From the NCBI GenBank assembly GCA_003539495.1, contig DPPB01000031.1, positions 21,407 to 85,406 of the forward strand: a DNA stretch of 64,000 bases, written 5' to 3'. Under the pieces are notes generated by a model that saw only the letters and a program-made list of their open reading frames with translations, was not told the origin of the DNA and searched no databases. Positions 1 through 8,654 of the stretch are shown here, one piece after another (position 1 is the first letter of the stretch; the number at the start of each line of letters is the position of its first letter). Made by a program: the position numbers and the translations under genes. Origin of the DNA: Oscillibacter sp. (GTDB lineage: Bacteria; Bacillota; Clostridia; Oscillospirales; Oscillospiraceae).

Positions 1-780
1 AAGGGCATGGTAAAGATCATCCCCATCCTGCTGGGTGTGGTGGGCAGCTACATTGTGGCCCTCATCGCCGGTCAGGTGGATTTCACCGAGGTAGGCAAGG
101 CCGACTTTGTGGGCCTGCAGCAGTTTGTCATCGCCAAGTTTGACCTGACCTCTATCCTGGTCATGGCTCCCATCGCCATCGCCGCCATGATGGAGCACAT
201 CGGCGACATCTCCGCCATCTCCTCCACCACCGGCACGAACTTCATCGCAGACCCCGGCCTGCACCGCACCCTCCTGGGCGACGGCCTGGCCACGGCGGTG
301 GCCGGTATGTTCGGCGGCCCTGCCAACACCACCTACGGTGAGAACACCGGCGTCCTGGCTCTGAGCAAGGTCTACGATCCCCGGGTCATCCGTCTGGCAG
401 CCCTGTACGCCATCATTCTCTCCTTCTCCCCCAAGTTTGACGCCCTGGTCAACTCCATCCCCACGGCCATCGTGGGCGGTGTCAGCTTCGTGCTGTACGG
501 CATGATCTCCGCTGTGGGTGTGCGCAATATGGTGGAGAACAAGGTGGACCTGACCAAGTCCCGGAACCTGATCATCGCTGCGGTGATCTTCGTCAGCGGC
601 CTGGGCTTCAGCTCCACCGGCGGCATCACCTTCACTGTGGGCAGCGCGGACATCACTCTCACGGGTCTGGCCATCGCGGCCCTGTGCGGCGTGATCCTCA
701 ACGCCATCCTCCCCGGCAACGACTACGAGTTCGGCGCAGATCCCCAGGGCGACAAGTCCGCCGACCTGGGCAGCTACTAA
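1..780 (+). CDS. pyrP: Uracil/xanthine permease (NCS2 family), C-terminal part; the N-terminus lies upstream of the window
   Basis: ORF 7..780 is open to the window edge. It is a polytopic membrane protein with the glycine-rich TM helices typical of UraA/PyrP C-terminal halves (…GENTGVLALSKV…, …GGVSFVLYGMISAVGVRN…). Confidence 0.7.
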   Translation, partial: KGMVKIIPILLGVVGSYIVALIAGQVDFTEVGKADFVGLQQFVIAKFDLTSILVMAPIAIAAMMEHIGDISAISSTTGTNFIADPGLHRTLLGDGLATAVAGMFGGPANTTYGENTGVLALSKVYDPRVIRLAALYAIILSFSPKFDALVNSIPTAIVGGVSFVLYGMISAVGVRNMVENKVDLTKSRNLIIAAVIFVSGLGFSSTGGITFTVGSADITLTGLAIAALCGVILNAILPGNDYEFGADPQGDKSADLGSY

Positions 781-789
781 AGCAAGACA

Positions 790-836
790 AAAAAATAACC
801 AAACAGGAGGCGGCCTATGCCGCCTCCTGTTTTTTG
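790..836. terminator. Bidirectional rho-independent terminator after the permease gene
   Basis: Hairpin caggaggcggc-ctat-gccgcctcctg (804-829), followed by T6 on the plus strand and preceded by an A-run (T-run on the minus strand). Confidence 0.75.
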
Positions 837-837
837 C

Positions 838-1010
838 GGGAAGGGACCTACGGCCGGGCACATGGGCCCCGCCCCTACGCACCCCATGATGGACTTCCGT
901 AGGGCGGCGTGCCCTCACGCCGCCGCAAAGGACGGACAGTGTCGTCCATCCCTACGGATGGATTTGGGGACGGTGCAACCGGGCCGATGTGGGCATCGGC
1001 CCCTACGGTC
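838..1010. repeat. GC-rich palindromic intergenic repeat, family A copy (core GTAGGGCGGCGTGCCCTCACGCCGCC, CCCTACG…CGTAGGG hairpins)
   Basis: A 26-nt core identical to the copy at 58816-58841. Contains CCCTACG-N20-CGTAGGG and CCCTACGG hairpin arms. Lies between two terminators. Confidence 0.7.
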
Positions 1011-1028
1011 TTCCCCTTTTTTCCTCAC

Positions 1029-1063
1029 AAAAAGTCCGAGCGCCCCATTTTTGGGGCGCTCGG
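1029..1063 (-). terminator. Intrinsic terminator of thrS
   Basis: Hairpin ccgagcgcccca-tttt-tggggcgctcgg, followed on the minus strand by a T-rich run. Starts 20 nt after the thrS stop. Confidence 0.7.
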
Positions 1064-1082
1064 TGCTTTTGGATTTTGATTT

Positions 1083-2876
1083 TTACTTCTTGGCCTTGCT
1101 GTCCACCACCTGGCGGAGCAGGGCGACAAACGCATCCAGGGACATGGCGCCCAGGTCGCCGTCGGCCCGGTGCCGGGGAGAGACGGTTCCGTTTTCCATG
1201 TCGCGGTCGCCTACCACTACCATGTAGGGCACCTTCTCCATCTGCGCATCGCGGATCTTCTTGCCGATCTTCTCGTTGCGGTAGTCCACCTCCACCCGGA
1301 AGCCCTGACTCTCCAAGGCCTTGGCTGCATCGGCGCAGTAGTCGGCAGCCCGGTCAGTGACGGGCAGGAAGCGCACCTGCTCGGGTGCCATCCAGGTGGG
1401 CAGGGCGCCGGCATACTCCTCAATGAGGTAGGCCAGGGTGCGCTCATAGCAGCCCAAGGAGGTACGGTGGATGATGTACGGCAGAGCCTTCTCGCCGTTT
1501 TCGTCAATATAGTACATACCGAAGCGCTGAGCCAGGAGCATATCGATCTGGATGGTGACCAGGGTATCCTCCTTGCCGAAGACGTTCTTATACTGAATGT
1601 CCAGCTTGGGGCCGTAGAAGGCGGCTTCGTCGATGCCGATCTCGTACTTCACGTCCAAATCGTCCAGTATCTGGCCCATGACGCGCTGGGCCTCGTCCCA
1701 CTGCTCCTTGGTGCCCTCGTACTTGTTGTTGGGGTTGGCGGGGTCCCACTGGGAGAAGCGGAAGGTACATTTATCCAGCAGGCCCACGGTGCCCAGGCAG
1801 TACTTGGCCAGCTCCAGGCAGCCCTTGAACTCCTCCTCCAGCTGGTCAGGCCGCAGCACCAAATGGCCCTCGGAAATAGTGAACTGGCGGACGCGGATGA
1901 GCCCGTGCATCTCGCCGGAGTCCTCATTGCGGAACAGGGTAGAGGTCTCGCCCAGGCGCATGGGCAGATCGCGGTAGGAGCGTTGGCGGTTCAGATACAC
2001 CTGGTACTGGAAGGGGCAGGTCATGGGCCGCAGGGCGAAGCACTCCTTGGTCTCGTCGTGGGGGTCGCCCAGGATGAACATACCGTCCAGATAATGATCC
2101 CAGTGGCCGGAGATTTTATAAAGCTCCCGCTTGGCCATGAGGGGGGTCTTGGTCAACAGGTAGCCGCGCTTCTGCTCAACATCCTCCACCCAGCGCTGTA
2201 AAAGCTGAATGACCCGGGCGCCCTTGGGCAGCAGAATGGGCAGGCCCTGTCCGATATAGTCCACGGTGGTGAAGTACTCCAGATCCCGGCCCAGCTTATT
2301 GTGGTCGCGCTTGAGGGCCTCCTCCCGCTGCTTCAGATACTCGTCCAGCTCCTCCTTTTTGGGAAAAGCCACGGCGTAGATACGCTGAAGCATCTTGCGG
2401 TTGCTGTCGCCGCGCCAATAGGCGCCGCAGCACTGGGTCAGCTTGATGGCATTACCCTTGATGCGGCCGGTGGAGTCCAGGTGGGGGCCTGCGCACAGGT
2501 CTACGAACTCGCCCTGCTTATAAAACGAGATGTGTGCGTCGGCGGGCAGATCATTAATAAGCTCCACCTTGTAGGGCTCGTCCTTCTCCTGCATGAAGGC
2601 AATGGCCTCGGCCCGGGGCAGCTCAAAGCGCTCCAGCTTCAGCTTTTCCTTGCAGATCTTGCGCATCTCCGCCTCCAGGGCGTCCAGATGCTCCTGGGTA
2701 AAGTTGAAGGGGGCGTCGAAGTCGTAGTAAAAGCCGCCCTCGATGCTGGGACCAATGGCCAGCTTCACCTCCGGATACAGGCGCTTAACGGCCTGGGCCA
2801 ACACATGGGAGCAGGTGTGCCAATAGGTTTTGCGATACTCCGGGTTTTCAAAGGTATAGATGTTTTCTTCGCTCAT
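1083..2876 (-). CDS. thrS: Threonine--tRNA ligase, short form lacking the N-terminal TGS domain
   Basis: 597 aa. N2 editing-domain residues (HTCSHVLAQAVKRLY), class II aaRS core motifs and the C-terminal anticodon-binding domain are present. Aligns to B. subtilis ThrS from about residue 60. Confidence 0.9.
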   Translation of the reverse strand: MSEENIYTFENPEYRKTYWHTCSHVLAQAVKRLYPEVKLAIGPSIEGGFYYDFDAPFNFTQEHLDALEAEMRKICKEKLKLERFELPRAEAIAFMQEKDEPYKVELINDLPADAHISFYKQGEFVDLCAGPHLDSTGRIKGNAIKLTQCCGAYWRGDSNRKMLQRIYAVAFPKKEELDEYLKQREEALKRDHNKLGRDLEYFTTVDYIGQGLPILLPKGARVIQLLQRWVEDVEQKRGYLLTKTPLMAKRELYKISGHWDHYLDGMFILGDPHDETKECFALRPMTCPFQYQVYLNRQRSYRDLPMRLGETSTLFRNEDSGEMHGLIRVRQFTISEGHLVLRPDQLEEEFKGCLELAKYCLGTVGLLDKCTFRFSQWDPANPNNKYEGTKEQWDEAQRVMGQILDDLDVKYEIGIDEAAFYGPKLDIQYKNVFGKEDTLVTIQIDMLLAQRFGMYYIDENGEKALPYIIHRTSLGCYERTLAYLIEEYAGALPTWMAPEQVRFLPVTDRAADYCADAAKALESQGFRVEVDYRNEKIGKKIRDAQMEKVPYMVVVGDRDMENGTVSPRHRADGDLGAMSLDAFVALLRQVVDSKAKK

Positions 2877-3135
2877 GGGTCATATTCTCCTTTCTTGGGG
2901 TGACAAAAAGCCTCACCCCTGACAAAATTCAGGGGTGAGGTAAAAAGCTTTACTCCACGGTTCCACCCTGCTTACGGAAATACTCCGTCGCTCGTGTCCT
3001 CTGTAACGGGAGGCCCCGTTCCGCTCCTCACGGACAGCTCGGGAGTGGTACCGATCCTTCCTCACCGCAGTGCGCTTTCAGCCGGGGCGCTCCTCTCTTT
3101 GGCGGCAGGCGGGGATCTCTTCTCCGTCAATGCAT
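2877..3135 (-). promoter_or_regulatory. T-box riboswitch leader of thrS with terminator/antiterminator
   Basis: The minus strand carries AGCAGGGTGGAACCGTGGAGTA (T-box consensus AGGGTGGNACCGCG) immediately 5' of the terminator hairpin cctcacccctg…aggggtgagg plus T-run (2903-2940). An AGAGAG box and a putative ACC (Thr) specifier lie in GGTACCAC (about 3045-3052). Confidence 0.8.
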
Positions 3136-3177
3136 TTTCTTGATTACAGCATATTATAAGCACCTTTTCCCGGCTTG

Positions 3178-4698
3178 TCAATGGACAAGTTGCAAATTTT
3201 TTCCCTGCAAAATTTCCTCTGCCCTGTCCACCACGGTGGCCCGGGGTGCTGCGGCCAGCAGCTTCTCCCGGCCCCGGAAGCCCCAGCTCACGCCGATATA
3301 CTTCATGGTGCAGTTTTGCGCCGTCTGAATATCCACCTCGCTGTCGCCCACATAGATGGCGCTATCCCGGGGGCAGCCCAGCTCCTTCAAGGCGCAAAGC
3401 ACCAGATCCGGCGCGGGCTTGGGCGGCAGATCGTCCCGCTGGCCGAAGGCCGGCACGCCGGGGAAGAACTTCTGGGCCAAGGCCTTGGTGGTGGGGTCGG
3501 GCTTATTGGAGACAATGGCCACCTGCACTCCGGATTTCCGGAGCCTGTCCAGCAGCTCTGGAATCCCCGGATAGGGGCGGGTCTTGATGCAGTTGTGGGC
3601 CTGGTACCAGGCCTTATACTCTGTCAGCAGGGCCGCAAATTCCTCCTCCCCCACCGTATCCGGCAGGGCCCGGCGCATGAGCTTTCCCGCGCCGTTTCCT
3701 ACAAAGGCGCGCACCTCCTCCAGCGTCCTGGCCGGGTAGCCGTGGGCCATGAGCACATGGTTCACGGAGTCCTGCATGTCCTCCAGGGTGTCCAGCAGCG
3801 TGCCGTCCATGTCAAACAGCACGGCCCGGGCCCGGGACTTTCTGTGCAGCCTCGGCAGGTACAGCAGTAGGCTGCTGCCCAGTATCAGCAACATGGCCAC
3901 ATAGTCCAGAGGTGCCGTCCGTTCCCGGAGGACTATCACCCCGAGGATCGTGGTGAAGACAGGGCTTAGCGTGCAAAACAGGCTGGCCCGGTCCGCACCG
4001 ATATGACTCCGGGCTATGGGCTGCAGGGTGTGGCCAAAGCCGGTACACACCACCGCCAGGGCGGCGATGATACCCCACTCCCCGCCGGATTGAGGCAGCC
4101 GGGGCGACTCAAACAGGAAGGAAGCCAGCAGTGCATACAGGCCCAGAAAGCCAATCCCCAGTACGCCCAGGACGGAGCCATCCGTCTTGTGGCTGATGTG
4201 CTCAGTGGTAATGATGGCCACAGCGTACAAAAAAGCCGCCAGCAATGCGATGCATTCTCCCGCCCCCAGGCGGAAGCCCCCGCCCTTTAGGGCCAGCATA
4301 GCCACACCCCCCACGGCGATAGCGGCGCACAGCAGGCCCATAGCCTTGGGCCGGATACGATGCAGAGCCGACTCCAGCAGCGGCACAAGGATGATAGCCA
4401 GATTCTCCAGCAGAGAAACCGTACCGGCGTGCGCCGTTTTGAGGGCCAGCATCTCGCAGCTCATCACCAGGAAAAAGAGGAAGCCCACCAGGGCTCCGCC
4501 CAAAATCGTGCAGCGGTCCAGCCTTCCCATCATCTTTTTGCCGAGCAGGGCAAACAGCAGTATAAATACCAGCAAAAACCGCGCCGCCAGGATATTGAAG
4601 GCGCCCATGGTGCTCAACCCCATTTTGCTGAACACAAAAGAGGTACTGCAGGCTATGATAGCCGCCGTCATCAGCACCTCTGCTTTTCTCTCAGACAT
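3178..4698 (-). CDS. Fusion protein: EamA/DMT-family 10-TM transporter (N-terminal) plus HAD-superfamily phosphatase (C-terminal, phosphoglycolate-phosphatase-like)
   Basis: The N-terminal ~300 aa have two EamA-like 5-TM halves. The C-terminal part has the HAD motif I (FDMDGTLLDT) and motifs II-IV (SNKP…, GDSEVD). Start is at ATG 4698 with RBS GAGGAGG. A TTTACT-N16-TATATAAT promoter lies upstream. Confidence 0.75.
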   Translation of the reverse strand: MSERKAEVLMTAAIIACSTSFVFSKMGLSTMGAFNILAARFLLVFILLFALLGKKMMGRLDRCTILGGALVGFLFFLVMSCEMLALKTAHAGTVSLLENLAIILVPLLESALHRIRPKAMGLLCAAIAVGGVAMLALKGGGFRLGAGECIALLAAFLYAVAIITTEHISHKTDGSVLGVLGIGFLGLYALLASFLFESPRLPQSGGEWGIIAALAVVCTGFGHTLQPIARSHIGADRASLFCTLSPVFTTILGVIVLRERTAPLDYVAMLLILGSSLLLYLPRLHRKSRARAVLFDMDGTLLDTLEDMQDSVNHVLMAHGYPARTLEEVRAFVGNGAGKLMRRALPDTVGEEEFAALLTEYKAWYQAHNCIKTRPYPGIPELLDRLRKSGVQVAIVSNKPDPTTKALAQKFFPGVPAFGQRDDLPPKPAPDLVLCALKELGCPRDSAIYVGDSEVDIQTAQNCTMKYIGVSWGFRGREKLLAAAPRATVVDRAEEILQGKNLQLVH

Positions 4699-4822
4699 TT
4701 TTATACCTCCTCGGTATCGGGTCATTTTGCCCCCGTATTATATACCGCACCGCGGCGCAAAGTAAACCCCCATATTCCTCTTTTTTATCTTTTTTTACTC
4801 CCTTTTGTGCCAAAGTTCGCAT

Positions 4823-4850
4823 TGCAAAGGTTCGCCGCCTGTGCTATACT
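4823..4850 (+). promoter_or_regulatory. Sigma-A type promoter for mscS (TTGCAA-N16-TATACT)
   Basis: Near-consensus -35 and -10 hexamers about 27 nt upstream of the mscS start. Confidence 0.6.
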
Positions 4851-4876
4851 GATGAAAAATCGCCGGGAGGTGCGGC

Positions 4877-5668
4877 ATGGAACGGATCTTGGCCTATTTC
4901 GGCTCCTACAAGTTCATTTTCAGTGTCTGCATCGTGGCCGCGGCCCTGGTGTGCTGGCTGTTGCTGCGGCATCTGATTCACCGCTTCACGGAGAAAATCA
5001 CTGCTGCCAGCGCCCTATCCGGCCGCCGCCAGACTTACCTGGCCCTGGCGCTGAACTCCGTGCGGGGGCTGCTGGCGCTGCTGGCGCTGATCCTGGTCCT
5101 GCAGGTCCACGGGGTGAATGTCTCCTCCCTGATAGCAGGCCTGGGTATCATCGGCGCCATTGTGGGCCTGGCGCTGCAGGACATGCTGAAGGATGTTATC
5201 ATGGGCACCAATATCCTCACCGGGGAGTATTTTGCCGTGGGGGATGTGATTAAGTACGGCGACCTCACCGGCGAGGTGGTGCAGTTTTCCCTGCGCTCCA
5301 CCAAGATCCGGGAGCTGGCTACCAATAACATCGTCACCGTTTCCAACCGGAACATCTTTGAGGCCACGAGGGTCAGCAATGAGCTGTTTATCACTGCTCC
5401 CACCTCCTATGCCGACGATCCCAACATCATTGAGCCCTTTTTACAGCAGCTTGCACGGGAGATTTCCGCCCTGCCGGATGTAGAGAGCTGTGATTTTCTG
5501 GGGCTGAGTAATTTAGGGGAATATTCAGTGGATTACCTATGGGGTCTGCGGGCCAAGCCCGCCGTGCAAAGCGCTGTGCGCCGCCGGGCCCTGGGCCACA
5601 TCCGCCACCGGTTTGCGGAAAATGGCTTTACCATCCCTTACCCGCAGATGGACGTACACACAGATTGA
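4877..5668 (+). CDS. mscS: Small-conductance mechanosensitive channel (MscS family)
   Basis: 263 aa with three N-terminal TM helices, then the MscS beta-domain signature (…GDVIKYGDLTGEVVQFSLRSTKIR…NNIVTVSNR…). Confidence 0.85.
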   Translation: MERILAYFGSYKFIFSVCIVAAALVCWLLLRHLIHRFTEKITAASALSGRRQTYLALALNSVRGLLALLALILVLQVHGVNVSSLIAGLGIIGAIVGLALQDMLKDVIMGTNILTGEYFAVGDVIKYGDLTGEVVQFSLRSTKIRELATNNIVTVSNRNIFEATRVSNELFITAPTSYADDPNIIEPFLQQLAREISALPDVESCDFLGLSNLGEYSVDYLWGLRAKPAVQSAVRRRALGHIRHRFAENGFTIPYPQMDVHTD

Positions 5669-5677
5669 ACACACAGC

Positions 5678-5707
5678 AAAAAGCAGGCCCAGGGCCTGCT
5701 TTTTTTG
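5678..5707. terminator. Bidirectional intrinsic terminator (mscS / ROK-kinase gene)
   Basis: aaaaagcaggcc-cag-ggcctgcttttttt: an 8-bp GC stem flanked by an A-run and a T7 run. Confidence 0.85.
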
Positions 5708-5771
5708 CCGATGAGATAATGCCGGGCTGCAGGATTTTCTTCGTTCCGCCGCCCGGCATATATTTTATTAT

Positions 5772-7088
5772 TTATTCCGCGGCAGCTTCCAGCATTGCCG
5801 CAGCGGCGGCCTGTCCCACCCGGCGGAAGGACTCCTCCGGCAGGAAAATCTCCATCCCCTCTCCGGTTTTCGCAAGCTCCGCCCGGCAGGCATTTACCAG
5901 GCATTCGCCGCCGGCGCCGTCCACGACCCGGCCCAAAAGCAGCACATTTTCGCACCCGAGCAATCGCCGATACCAGGGTAGGGTCTGCCCCAGCATGCGC
6001 CCCAAGGTGAAAAATGCATCCAATGCCCGGTCATCGCCGGCTTCCGCTCGCTCCTGGATCCAGCGCAATCTCTGCGCCGGGGTGTCTCCCTCCGGAGCAA
6101 GGCCGCATTGGGCTGCCAAGCGGATCACGCCCTCCTGGGAGAAATACCGCTCCCCCACGCCCCGGTCCCCGGACCAAGGATCCACAGAGGCGGCAGGATG
6201 CAGGTCCACCGGTAAAAATGCCAGCTCATTGAGCCAGCCGGTAATGCGTCCGCCGCCGTCCACATAGCCCCCCGCCTGGCTGGTGCCCATGGCGATGCCC
6301 AGGAGCTTCCGCCGTCCCAGGCTCACGGCCCCGGCCAGAGCCGCCACATCGCCGTCGTTGCACACGACGCAGGGAACATCCCCGCAGACCTCCCGCACCG
6401 CCCGGCGCAGAAGCTCCCGGCCGCAGTGGTCAAGCTCCGCAGCCGGCGCACTCATAAACAGGCTGGACCGGCGAATTTCGCCCTCCAGCACCACCCCGGC
6501 TGTGGAGATGCCCACGGCGTCCACCCCGGGCAGATGGGCCTTGGCTGCCCGCAGGGCCGCGGTGATGCCCTCATAGTGATAGCGCAGATCCCCGGCCGAT
6601 TTGGGCTGCCAGACCACTTCCTCGGCATAAACGGTCTCCCCGTCCATCACCGCCGCAGCCTTGCGGTCGCTGCCGCCCAGGTCGATGCCGATGCGGCAGC
6701 CCACCGTACTGGCGGATATGGGATGCACAGCCTCCTGCACCGCCGGCAGCGTCGGATGCAGCTCCACTCGAAAAGGTGCCCCATAGATGCCGGACATAAA
6801 GTCCCGGTCAAAGGTCCTGACGCCGCCCGGGCCATAGGCCTCCTGCAGCCAGCGGAAAACCGTTTCATCCGCTGTCACCAGTGTGCAGCCACCCTGGAGC
6901 CACAGGGCTGTTTTTACCAGCAGCTGCGTATATTTTTCGTCCGCTGCCTGCTGCTCCTGCGCCCGGTGCAGCCTTAGTGAAAGATGTGTGCATCCCCCGG
7001 GGCGCAGCACCGCCACCGTGGCGGTGCGGTCTGCCGTGGTCTCATGGGCCCGCACAAAGGCACCTATGGGCCGGAAATCAATCTCCAT
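5772..7088 (-). CDS. ROK-family sugar kinase/regulator-like protein with an N-terminal extension of ~160 aa
   Basis: ROK/BadF ATPase motifs: GIDLGGSDRKAAAV, GISTAGVV, VCNDGDVAALAG, GTSQAGGYVD. The most plausible start is ATG at 7088 (MEIDFRPIG…), overlapping the rsfS stop by 11 nt. The longer ORF (to 7334) runs through rsfS and is unlikely. Confidence 0.7.
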   Translation of the reverse strand: MEIDFRPIGAFVRAHETTADRTATVAVLRPGGCTHLSLRLHRAQEQQAADEKYTQLLVKTALWLQGGCTLVTADETVFRWLQEAYGPGGVRTFDRDFMSGIYGAPFRVELHPTLPAVQEAVHPISASTVGCRIGIDLGGSDRKAAAVMDGETVYAEEVVWQPKSAGDLRYHYEGITAALRAAKAHLPGVDAVGISTAGVVLEGEIRRSSLFMSAPAAELDHCGRELLRRAVREVCGDVPCVVCNDGDVAALAGAVSLGRRKLLGIAMGTSQAGGYVDGGGRITGWLNELAFLPVDLHPAASVDPWSGDRGVGERYFSQEGVIRLAAQCGLAPEGDTPAQRLRWIQERAEAGDDRALDAFFTLGRMLGQTLPWYRRLLGCENVLLLGRVVDGAGGECLVNACRAELAKTGEGMEIFLPEESFRRVGQAAAAAMLEAAAE

Positions 7089-7449
7089 CGGTGACGACGC
7101 CGGCCAGGTCCACGCTCTTGCCGTCCCGCCACAGGCGCTCCAGGCCGTAAAACTCCCGGGCCTCGCCGCTGAACACATGCACGGCGATGCAGCCGTAGTC
7201 CAGCAGCACCCAGGTGCCGCCCCGATAGCCCTCCCGGTGCAGGGGCTCCTCGCCGGCCTGCTCTGTGAGCACCTTTTCCACGTTGTCCACCAAGGCGTTG
7301 ATCTGCGTGTTGGATGAGCCGGTACATAGCACAAAATAATCCGCCAGGGTGGTCAGGTCCGCGATCTCCAGCACCTGGATCTCCCGGCCCTTCTTCTCCG
7401 ACAGTGCCCGGGCCGCCAGCAGCGCCAGTTCTCTGGGTGTTTTATTCAT
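7078..7449 (-). CDS. rsfS: Ribosomal silencing factor RsfS (Iojap)
   Basis: MNKTPRELALLAARALSEKKGREIQVLEI…LADYFVLCTGSSNTQ is the typical RsfS sequence. Start 7449 overlaps the nadD/yqeK stop (ATGA). Confidence 0.9.
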   Translation of the reverse strand: MNKTPRELALLAARALSEKKGREIQVLEIADLTTLADYFVLCTGSSNTQINALVDNVEKVLTEQAGEEPLHREGYRGGTWVLLDYGCIAVHVFSGEAREFYGLERLWRDGKSVDLAGVVTDGD

Positions 7450-8654
7450 TCTATCGTTCCTCCGATCTCTCGTTGTATATAGCTTAGAGCCTCCTGCGTA
7501 TTGGGATGCACCGGGCTGCCGTAGCCCTGCAGCTCCACGATGGAATCCGCCAGGGCCCGGCACAGGCCCCGGTCCAGGTCCTCATGCACCGCCGTGCGCA
7601 GCTCCTCCACCCCGGGAAAGCTGCGGCTGGGCTCAATATAGTCCGCCAGATAGATAATCTTCTCCAGCAGGGTCATGTCCGCCTTGCCGGTGGTGTGGTA
7701 GAAAATGGCGTTATAAATTTCGTCCGAAACGCCGAAGCGGTCCTGGGCCACCGCCGCGCCGGTCTTGGAATGGAGCAGCTTGAGATAGTTCCGCTCCATC
7801 TCGTCCAGCGGGATGGCGTAGTGTCGGCACAGGGACAGCTGCTGGGGAAGATCCAGCTTTTTGGTGCAGTCGTGGAGCAGGGCCGCGATCCTGGCCGCCG
7901 TCACATCCGCGCCGTATTTTTCCGCCAGGAAGGCCGCCTCCTGCTCCGTGCCCAGCACATGGGGCATACGCTTGGGCTTTAAATAGCTCAGGGCAATGGG
8001 CCGCAGCTCCTCCGGCGTCAGATGCTTCAGATCCGTCGCCGTGCCATACAGCCCCTTGCGCAGAATATACCCGTACACTGGCTCGGTGAGATACGCCCGG
8101 CCCCGTCCCCGGGCCAGCTCCTCCCGCAGCTGCGTGGAGGACACCTCGATGACCTCCGGGTTCATCACCACGGTCACCCGGGCTGAAAATGCCTTCTCCA
8201 GCTTTTCCTTCTGCCGGGCAAAGGCCGCCGCCTCGTCCGCCGTCCTGCGGCTGAACACCGCCAGGGTGGCCAGGCGGCAGATCTCCTCCGGCCGGCGCCA
8301 GGTCTCGAAGGAGAGAAACATGTCCGATCCCATGAGGAAAAACAGCTCATCCGCCGGATACTGCTCCCGCAGCGCCGCCAGGGTGTCGCAGCTGTAGCTG
8401 GCCCCCTGCCGCCGCAGCTCCAGGTCCGTCACCTCTGCCGGAACCGGCAGCTCCCCGGTACACAGCTGTACCATTTCCAGCCGATCCGCTGCATCGGCAC
8501 TGCCCGCAGGCAGGGGCTTGTGGGGCGGGATGGCATCCGGCACCAGCAGGAGCTTGTCCAGGCAAAGCCGCTTGGCCGCCGCTGTGGCCGCCGTCAGATG
8601 CCCCCGATGGATGGGATTGAAGGTGCCGCCGTAAATTCCGATCCGCATGGTCAC
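7446..8654 (-). CDS. nadD: Fused nicotinate-nucleotide adenylyltransferase NadD plus HD-domain hydrolase YqeK (Ap4A-hydrolase type)
   Basis: N-terminal GGTFNPIHRGH (HxGH) and SSTQLRE (ISSTxIR) motifs. The C-terminal half has an HD motif (LLHDCTK … YLADYIEP). 402 aa is about NadD plus YqeK, which are separate adjacent genes in Bacillus. Confidence 0.85.
   Translation of the reverse strand: MTMRIGIYGGTFNPIHRGHLTAATAAAKRLCLDKLLLVPDAIPPHKPLPAGSADAADRLEMVQLCTGELPVPAEVTDLELRRQGASYSCDTLAALREQYPADELFFLMGSDMFLSFETWRRPEEICRLATLAVFSRRTADEAAAFARQKEKLEKAFSARVTVVMNPEVIEVSSTQLREELARGRGRAYLTEPVYGYILRKGLYGTATDLKHLTPEELRPIALSYLKPKRMPHVLGTEQEAAFLAEKYGADVTAARIAALLHDCTKKLDLPQQLSLCRHYAIPLDEMERNYLKLLHSKTGAAVAQDRFGVSDEIYNAIFYHTTGKADMTLLEKIIYLADYIEPSRSFPGVEELRTAVHEDLDRGLCRALADSIVELQGYGSPVHPNTQEALSYIQREIGGTIE

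Noticed and set aside
1170-2201. 343-aa ORF on the plus strand antisense to thrS, and many similar long antisense ORFs (e.g. 28039..29772 577 aa, 29779..33180 1133 aa, 12376..13329, 41123..42394)
   Set aside because: These are typical shadow ORFs of high-GC coding DNA. They have low-complexity G/A/L/R/P-rich translations, no recognisable motifs and no RBS. Each fully overlaps a well-supported gene on the other strand.
3041-3057. T-box-like GGGAGTGGTACCGATCC on the plus strand, suggesting a plus-strand T-box
   Set aside because: On the minus strand this region is the specifier-loop part (GGTACCAC) of the thrS leader. The true T-box/terminator pair (AGGGTGGAACCGTGG plus hairpin) is on the minus strand directly upstream of thrS. 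No plus-strand gene follows.
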